DNA of 12,825 bases, taken from NCBI GenBank assembly GCA_041572575.1, contig JBFFSH010000074.1:1-12825 (forward strand). Direction: 5' to 3'. Source of the stretch: Thermodesulfobacteriota bacterium (GTDB lineage: Bacteria > Desulfobacterota_D > UBA1144 > Nemesobacterales > N074bin48). The notes beneath the pieces are model-generated. The model worked only from the letters and a program-made list of their open reading frames with translations. It ran no database searches and was not told where the DNA came from. How positions within the stretch are numbered: the first letter of the stretch is position 1; the number at the start of each line of letters is the position of its first letter. The position numbers were made by a program, and so were the translations under genes. Below are positions 7,783-12,825 of this stretch, piece after piece.

Positions 7783-7848
7783 GATGTTTAATCAATAATT
7801 TATTTATTTACCAAATAAATCCCTATGCTGCACTGTGTTTTATAAATA

Positions 7849-8595
7849 TTACAGTTTAATGGAACTTAAGAATTCATCTATTTCCAGGTTTCCTCCAAAT
7901 TGAGAAATAAAGCTGTTAACTGAATTATTTTTTAGCATACCGAGATGGCCATTTTCTACGTCAATAGCTGTGTCATTTTTTAATACTCCAACCACCGGCA
8001 CTCCTGTGATTCTTATTAATTCCTGTGGATTGGTTTTTTCAGACAAACCCGGCTCTTTTGGAAAATTGTTTATTACTATACCCAAAATTTGAAGACCTCT
8101 GCTTTTTGCATACTCTATACTTAGAGCTGTATGATTAATTGTTCCAAGACCCGGACGAGCAGTTACTATAAGCTTGCAGCCTGTATCTTTTGCAAGATCG
8201 GCCATAGAAAATCTCTCAGTAATAGGCACCATAAGCCCTCCGGCTCCCTCAATTATTACTATATCATTTAACCTGGCCTGCTTATTTATAGCTGATTTGA
8301 TAATTTCTATATCAATACAACTGTTTTCAAGTTCTGCGCCTGTTTTTGGAGATAACGGCTGAGAGAAACTATAAGGGCAGTGATCTGTATAGTTAATATC
8401 CCTACCAAGTAATTTATATACGAATTGTATATCTGATACTTTCTGACATGATGTGCCAGTCTGTACAGGTTTTACTACTGATACCCTTTTTCCAGCCTCA
8501 GATAAACAGTGTGCAAGAGCTGCTGTAACTACTGTCTTTCCTACACCAGTATCCGTACCGGTAACAAATATTTTACTTGGCAGACTCATAATCAA
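7849..8595 (-). CDS. bioD: Dethiobiotin synthase
   Basis: FVTGTDTGVGKT P-loop, KPVQTG, IIEGAGGL, LGTINHT; start either TTG 8595 or ATG 8589. Confidence 0.96.
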   Translation of the reverse strand: MIMSLPSKIFVTGTDTGVGKTVVTAALAHCLSEAGKRVSVVKPVQTGTSCQKVSDIQFVYKLLGRDINYTDHCPYSFSQPLSPKTGAELENSCIDIEIIKSAINKQARLNDIVIIEGAGGLMVPITERFSMADLAKDTGCKLIVTARPGLGTINHTALSIEYAKSRGLQILGIVINNFPKEPGLSEKTNPQELIRITGVPVVGVLKNDTAIDVENGHLGMLKNNSVNSFISQFGGNLEIDEFLSSIKL

Positions 8596-8650
8596 TGAAT
8601 ACTACCTAAAGGAAGAAATAATTCCCAAAGATGGATTAAGGTAAATTAGC

Positions 8651-9106
8651 TTATAAGCCAAGCTCTTTTACTTTATCCATGACCTCGTTAGCGTGATCAG
8701 AGGTCTTAACCTTATTCCATATGTGCCTTATTATTCCATTTTTATCTATAAGGAAAGACTTTCTGGATGCAGAACCAAATGCACTCTGCACATCGTAGGC
8801 TTTTACTATCTCTTTTGATTTATCTGACAATAGAGGAAAATTAAGTTTGAATTTGTCCCTGAACTTTTCATGAGATTTAACGCTGTCTGTGCTGACCCCA
8901 AGCACCTGTATTCCGAGACCCGACAATTCATCCATCCCGTCTCTCATAGAACATGCTTCCTTGGTACATCCCGGGGTATTGTCTCTTGGGTAGAAATAGA
9001 GAATTACGATAGACTTGCCGGCATAATCGCTTAAGCTTATTGTTTTTCCTTCATAACTTTGCGCTTCAAAATGCGGTGCTTTATCACCAATCGAAAGTTT
9101 TGACAT
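8651..9106 (-). CDS. bcp: Peroxiredoxin of the BCP/PrxQ family
   Basis: YFYPRDNTPGCTKEAC (PxxxTxxC with resolving Cys at +5), GVSTD, FPLLSD; GAGGT RBS upstream. Confidence 0.95.
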   Translation of the reverse strand: MSKLSIGDKAPHFEAQSYEGKTISLSDYAGKSIVILYFYPRDNTPGCTKEACSMRDGMDELSGLGIQVLGVSTDSVKSHEKFRDKFKLNFPLLSDKSKEIVKAYDVQSAFGSASRKSFLIDKNGIIRHIWNKVKTSDHANEVMDKVKELGL

Positions 9107-9190
9107 AGTTGCAAATGACCTCTTTATTGTTTTTTAGGCAAGTATAACCCAAAGATTGCAAAATGGTGGAATAAAATGGCAAATATTATA

Positions 9191-9739
9191 TCAGGTAAAA
9201 CCCATGCTCTGCCTGGCTTCCTCGCTCATCCTGCTGGGATCCCAGGGCGGGTCCCAAACAATTTCTATATTGGCTTCAGTAACACCCTCTAGTTCTTCAA
9301 TAAGATATTTAGACTCTGATGTTATTTGTACAGATGCTGGACATCCAGGCGAGGTCATGGTCATTTTTACTTCAACCTTATCCCCTACTATATCGATGCC
9401 GTATATTAGACCCAGATTTACTATATCTATTGGAATCTCAGGGTCGTAAACATTCGATAGCACGTCATATATCTTTGCCTCAGATAACTCTGTACCTGCT
9501 GATTTATTATTTTCTTCATTCATTTGTGGTTTATCACCTTCACTTTCATCTTCCGATTCATCTGAATGCGAGCTTATATTTTCAGTTTTCAGATCAGACA
9601 CTTCTTCAGTCTCTGGAATATCTACATGACCATGATGCACAGGTCCATGAATCGTAGCTTTATTCCGTGCACTTACACTTTTATCATCACCGCTCCCGGG
9701 ACTGCTAAATATCTTTGTTATTTTATCTTTTATCCCCAT
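9191..9739 (-). CDS. sufT: SufT/DUF59 (PaaD-like) Fe-S cluster assembly factor with long N-terminal extension
   Basis: C-terminal ~100 aa has DPEIPIDIVNLGL, MTMTSPGCP, VWDPPWxxxRMSEEAR; N-terminal ~80 aa low complexity; alternative start at Met73 (9523). Confidence 0.85.
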   Translation of the reverse strand: MGIKDKITKIFSSPGSGDDKSVSARNKATIHGPVHHGHVDIPETEEVSDLKTENISSHSDESEDESEGDKPQMNEENNKSAGTELSEAKIYDVLSNVYDPEIPIDIVNLGLIYGIDIVGDKVEVKMTMTSPGCPASVQITSESKYLIEELEGVTEANIEIVWDPPWDPSRMSEEARQSMGFT

Positions 9740-9763
9740 AAGCCTTTAATCCTAGAAGGTGCT

Positions 9764-10282
9764 CTATATAAGACTCTTTGCTGCTTCTAAAGCACTGTCA
9801 TAATCAGGCTCTTCAGATACTTCACTTACATACTCTGCATATTGTACTATATTATTGCTATCTAATACAAATATGGCCCTGCAAAGAAGTTTGAATTCAT
9901 CTATTAGTACGCCGTATGCGGGCCCGAAGGACAGGTCTTTGTAGTCCGACGCTGATTTAATCTTGTCTATTCCCGCAGCGCCACAGTAACGGCTTAAAGC
10001 AAAAGGAAGATCAACGCTTAGTGTTACAATTTCAACCCCGTCACCAAGCTCAGCTGCCTTTTCGTTAAATAGTCTTGTCTGCTTGTCACATACAGGAGTA
10101 TCCACTGATACTATGACATTGAATATTTTAACTTTATCTCCAAGATCTGAAAGCGTAAGCGGCTTATCAAGGGCTTCGTATACTGTAAAATCGGGTGCAT
10201 TGTCTCCTGCTTTCAGTTCAGGGCCTACAAGTGAAACTGCATTGCCTCTAAGTGTGATTGCGTTTTTTCTGATTTCTGACAT
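9764..10282 (-). CDS. tpx: Thiol peroxidase, Tpx-type atypical 2-Cys peroxiredoxin
   Basis: SVDTPVCDKQTR, SVDLPFALSRYCGAAG, RAIFVLD, EPDYD; GGAGGT RBS at 10293-10288. Confidence 0.95.
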   Translation of the reverse strand: MSEIRKNAITLRGNAVSLVGPELKAGDNAPDFTVYEALDKPLTLSDLGDKVKIFNVIVSVDTPVCDKQTRLFNEKAAELGDGVEIVTLSVDLPFALSRYCGAAGIDKIKSASDYKDLSFGPAYGVLIDEFKLLCRAIFVLDSNNIVQYAEYVSEVSEEPDYDSALEAAKSLI

Positions 10283-10368
10283 CTCATACCTCCGCTGAAA
10301 TAGTATAACTTTAGATAATATTATATGCAGTGCAAAAGTAAAATGATATTAATTAAATTTGATAGTAT

Positions 10369-11691
10369 CTACGGCCATGTCTTGTGATGATAATCAATCA
10401 CGTAGTCGTGAGTATGCTCATAACCCCCGTCCACAGCTTTGGCGTCCTCCAAGTGTGGATGATCGGGATTGAGATCTTTATGGATATGTTTTATAGAATA
10501 TGCCTCTTTTGAAGGCCAGAAGATAAGTGCAGATAGAAAACCTAAAACAACTATACCTCCAAATAAGTAGTAAGTATTAATTATGCCAATCGATATTCCA
10601 AGCCATCCTGCAAGGGGATAAGTGATGAGCCAGCATGCATGGGAAAGGGAAAAATGAGCAGAGAAATAAGCCGGTCTGTCTGTTTCAGAAGATGAACGCC
10701 TGAGCAATCTTCCAGTGGGTGTATTTATTATTGATGAAGCAATCCCCAGTAAAAACCATACAATCATAAGCCATGTAAATGTATTTGCTGCTGTTCCTGT
10801 AAACAATCCCGTTGCCAGCAAGACTGCCCCCGTGAGCATCACCGGTCTGTCTGCAAATTTATTAAGCACTTTTGGAATAATAAATGCTGCGATCATAGAT
10901 CCTGCCCCATAGGCTGCAAATGCATATGCAACATGGCGCTCACCCATTCCAAAACTACTTCGTATTATAACTACAGTGTTTACAATTACCATGGCTCCAG
11001 CCGCAGCAACTGCCATAGACAACGCAAGCAAGCCTCTGAGTCTTGGCGTAGCAAGATAAGCCCTGGTGCCAAAAGTTATTTTCTGCCATGTTGATAAAAC
11101 ATGCTCTGACTCTTTCTTTTTAGCAGCCGGCAATACAGCTGTAACCACCAGAATTGCTGATACAAGAAATGCTGCTGAGTTCATTGCAAAAAGAGCATCA
11201 AAGCTCATAAAAAGCAGCGCTGCCGCTGCAAGTGCGGGGCTTAAAAGTGATTCGAGGTCATATGCAAGACGAGAAAGTGATAGCGCCTTGGTATATGTTT
11301 TTTCATCAGGGATTATATCGGGAATTGTTGACTGAAACATAGGAGTAAATCCCGCAGAGCAGGACTGCATAAGAAATATTATTAAATAGATATGCCATAT
11401 TTCACTCACAAAAGGCAGACACATTACAAACCCTGCACGTATGAGATCAAGTATAACCAGGACTCTTTTCCTGTTTACTCCACCTGCAAGCCCCCCTACT
11501 ACAGGTGCAATCGATACATATGCAATCATCTTAAGCGCAAGAGCAGTGCCAAGCACAGTGCCGGCTTTATTTCCAGCTAAATCATAAGTTAGAAGAGCGA
11601 GTGCAACAGTGGTAAGGCCCGTACCCAGAAGTGCAATTATCTGAGCTGAGAACAGATGTCTGTACGCAGGATATCTTAGTGGTTCTATCAT
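10369..11691 (-). CDS. nreB: MFS transporter, NreB/NrsD-like nickel efflux permease
   Basis: About 12 hydrophobic segments; HLFSAQIIALLGTGLTTVAL, YTKALSLSRLAYDLE, SLSHACWLITYPLAG; His-rich tail HIH...HPH...HTH..VID.HH..WP characteristic of NreB. Substrate is inferred. Confidence 0.85.
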   Translation of the reverse strand: MIEPLRYPAYRHLFSAQIIALLGTGLTTVALALLTYDLAGNKAGTVLGTALALKMIAYVSIAPVVGGLAGGVNRKRVLVILDLIRAGFVMCLPFVSEIWHIYLIIFLMQSCSAGFTPMFQSTIPDIIPDEKTYTKALSLSRLAYDLESLLSPALAAAALLFMSFDALFAMNSAAFLVSAILVVTAVLPAAKKKESEHVLSTWQKITFGTRAYLATPRLRGLLALSMAVAAAGAMVIVNTVVIIRSSFGMGERHVAYAFAAYGAGSMIAAFIIPKVLNKFADRPVMLTGAVLLATGLFTGTAANTFTWLMIVWFLLGIASSIINTPTGRLLRRSSSETDRPAYFSAHFSLSHACWLITYPLAGWLGISIGIINTYYLFGGIVVLGFLSALIFWPSKEAYSIKHIHKDLNPDHPHLEDAKAVDGGYEHTHDYVIDYHHKTWP

Positions 11692-11727
11692 ATTAGTATT
11701 TTGAGTAATAACATCACGAGGTCAAGA

Positions 11728-11750
11728 TACATTGAGTTAGTTACAATGTA
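11728..11750. promoter_or_regulatory. Palindrome TACATTG-N9-CAATGTA, candidate operator between nreB and the pilin gene
   Basis: Perfect 7-bp inverted repeat immediately upstream of a minus-strand TTGACC (11725-11720) facing nreB. Confidence 0.35.
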
Positions 11751-11853
11751 AGAAGTATATTTCATTACTAAATACTTTTGTATTGAAATTCAAATATATC
11801 TATATTTTTTTTACTTTTATTTTATAATTTCTGATTAAGGACGGGGGCATAAA

Positions 11854-12546
11854 ATGTCGAGAGAAAAGAATAAAGAAGATGGATTCACTCTAATTGAACT
11901 TTTAGTAGTTGCTGCAATTTTGGGAATACTGCTTGCAGTTGCTATTCCAAACTTAATTAAAGCTCGTATTTCTGCAAATGAAGCAAATGCAAGAAAATCC
12001 TTACAAACCCTAAGAGATGCAGAATACGAATTCTTCGAGGGTGATTTGGATAATGATGGAGTAAAGAACTTTACAAGTTCAATCGGGTCCCTGTTAACAT
12101 CCGGTTCTCTCAGGTGCCCTGCAACCTTTGGAGCCACTGAATGTACAGAGTTTGACTCATTAATTGATAGTAGATTTGAAGAAATGGTATCAGTATCTGG
12201 AACCTTTGCAGATTGCACCGTTCCTTCAGCTGGTTACTGTATAAAGTTTGATGGCACAATAGGCACTGACGCAACTAGTCCTGGAGGTTCAGAAGATCCT
12301 ACTGGTGGTTTTGATGATTTTGGGCAGGGAGGCTTTGGATTCCCACCTGATCCGGATCCAATTCCCGACCTCTCACTTGACACTGATTTTGGATGGCTCG
12401 CTTCACCTGCAGGTGTCAACAAAACAGGTCATAAGGACTTTGCAACTTATGCGGATACAAGGGCTATTCACTGTGTTATAAGTTCACTACCAAGTGGTCA
12501 CGCTGGTGAATTTGAAGCCAGATCAACTTCCCCGGTTTGTTATTGA
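11854..12546 (+). CDS. Type IV pilin-like (prepilin-type N-terminal cleavage/methylation) protein
   Basis: Class III signal G|FTLIELLVV with Glu5, hydrophobic helix to AIPNL, then ARISANEA amphipathic helix; six Cys in the globular part. Confidence 0.92.
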   Translation: MSREKNKEDGFTLIELLVVAAILGILLAVAIPNLIKARISANEANARKSLQTLRDAEYEFFEGDLDNDGVKNFTSSIGSLLTSGSLRCPATFGATECTEFDSLIDSRFEEMVSVSGTFADCTVPSAGYCIKFDGTIGTDATSPGGSEDPTGGFDDFGQGGFGFPPDPDPIPDLSLDTDFGWLASPAGVNKTGHKDFATYADTRAIHCVISSLPSGHAGEFEARSTSPVCY

Positions 12547-12684
12547 TTAATATAATAATATTTCCGTAGTTACTAATTTATCAATAGTTTTATAGATAAA
12601 CATATCAGATATAGTTTGCTTCCACTTGCTATATATCTTACGTCCTTAAGACATTTGTTTTCTGATATAAGAAATATTACATCT

Positions 12685-12729
12685 TGACCTTGCCCCATAT
12701 AATAGTACCAGATTATAAGTTAGAATTTT
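12685..12729. repeat. IS3-family (IS407-like) terminal inverted repeat of a second, interrupted or remnant element
   Basis: TGACCTTGCCCCATATAATAGTACCAGATTATAAGTTAGA shares TGACC..CCC..GTACC..TTAGA with the IR at 12737. Confidence 0.65.
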
Positions 12730-12736
12730 AGGTAAT

Positions 12737-12825
12737 TGACCCTCACCCAAAAGCTGTACCGGGATAATTAGAGATTTCCGGCTTTTTTATGTGTTGTTTA
12801 ACATACTCCTCCGGCGTCATATTAT
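12737..12825 (-). mobile_element. Right end of an IS3-family (IS407-like) insertion sequence, truncated by the window edge
   Basis: IR TGACCCTCACCCAAAAGCTGTACCGGGATAATTAGA (5'-TG end) containing the stop codon of a transposase-like tail. Confidence 0.72.
12743..12825 (-). CDS. IS3-family transposase OrfB, C-terminal fragment (5' partial)
   Basis: Reads ...NMTPEEYVKQHIKKPEISNYPGTAFG*; xxMTPxEY matches the end of the IS3 integrase core (HSSLxxxTPxEF/Y); TGA 12745-12743 lies inside the IR. Confidence 0.7.
   Translation of the reverse strand, partial: NMTPEEYVKQHIKKPEISNYPGTAFG

Noticed and set aside
7728..7795. FNR-like (TTGAT/ATCAA) or Rex-like (TGTGAA) sites upstream of actA
   Set aside because: Only isolated half-sites with wrong spacing
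7701..7850. Direct repeat TTATAAATATT at 7701-7711 and 7840-7850
   Set aside because: Pure A/T repeat in an AT-rich spacer; chance is likely
11884..12072. Pilin as a Geobacter-type conductive e-pilin wired to ACIII
   Set aside because: Mature positions 24, 27 and 32 are Leu, Ala and Asn rather than aromatic, and the protein is long with a globular head
8174..12422. Short ORF-track entries overlapping bioD, sufT, tpx, nreB and the pilin gene (e.g. 9319-9657, 11835-12218)
   Set aside because: Opposite-strand shadows with no recognisable motifs or RBS
1..12825. Whole region as a composite transposon
   Set aside because: The flanking IS ends belong to different families (IS1595 and IS3) and the cargo looks like housekeeping genes
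1..12825. tRNA, rRNA, CRISPR array or riboswitch
   Set aside because: No cloverleaf, regularly spaced repeats or recognisable riboswitch motif seen in the short intergenic regions

Overview
AT-rich bacterial window. A co-directional minus-strand block carries nreB-like MFS, tpx, sufT-like DUF59, bcp and bioD, then a complete alternative complex III operon (actA-actB-actC-actD-actE-actF). A 46-aa single-helix membrane ORF, absent from the ORF track, sits directly behind actF. A type IV pilin-like gene is transcribed divergently on the + strand. Both window edges are insertion-sequence ends also absent from the ORF track: the 3' end of an IS1595-family transposase with its right IR (1-136), and the 3' end of an IS3-family (IS407-like) transposase with its IR, 52 bp inside a second related IR (12685-12825). 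This ACIII is atypical: ActB keeps all four FS0 cysteines, has a short Tat-lipoprotein signal and a duplicated His/Gly linker; ActE has no lipobox; no terminal-oxidase genes are adjacent. All calls come from reading motifs by eye; no searches were run.
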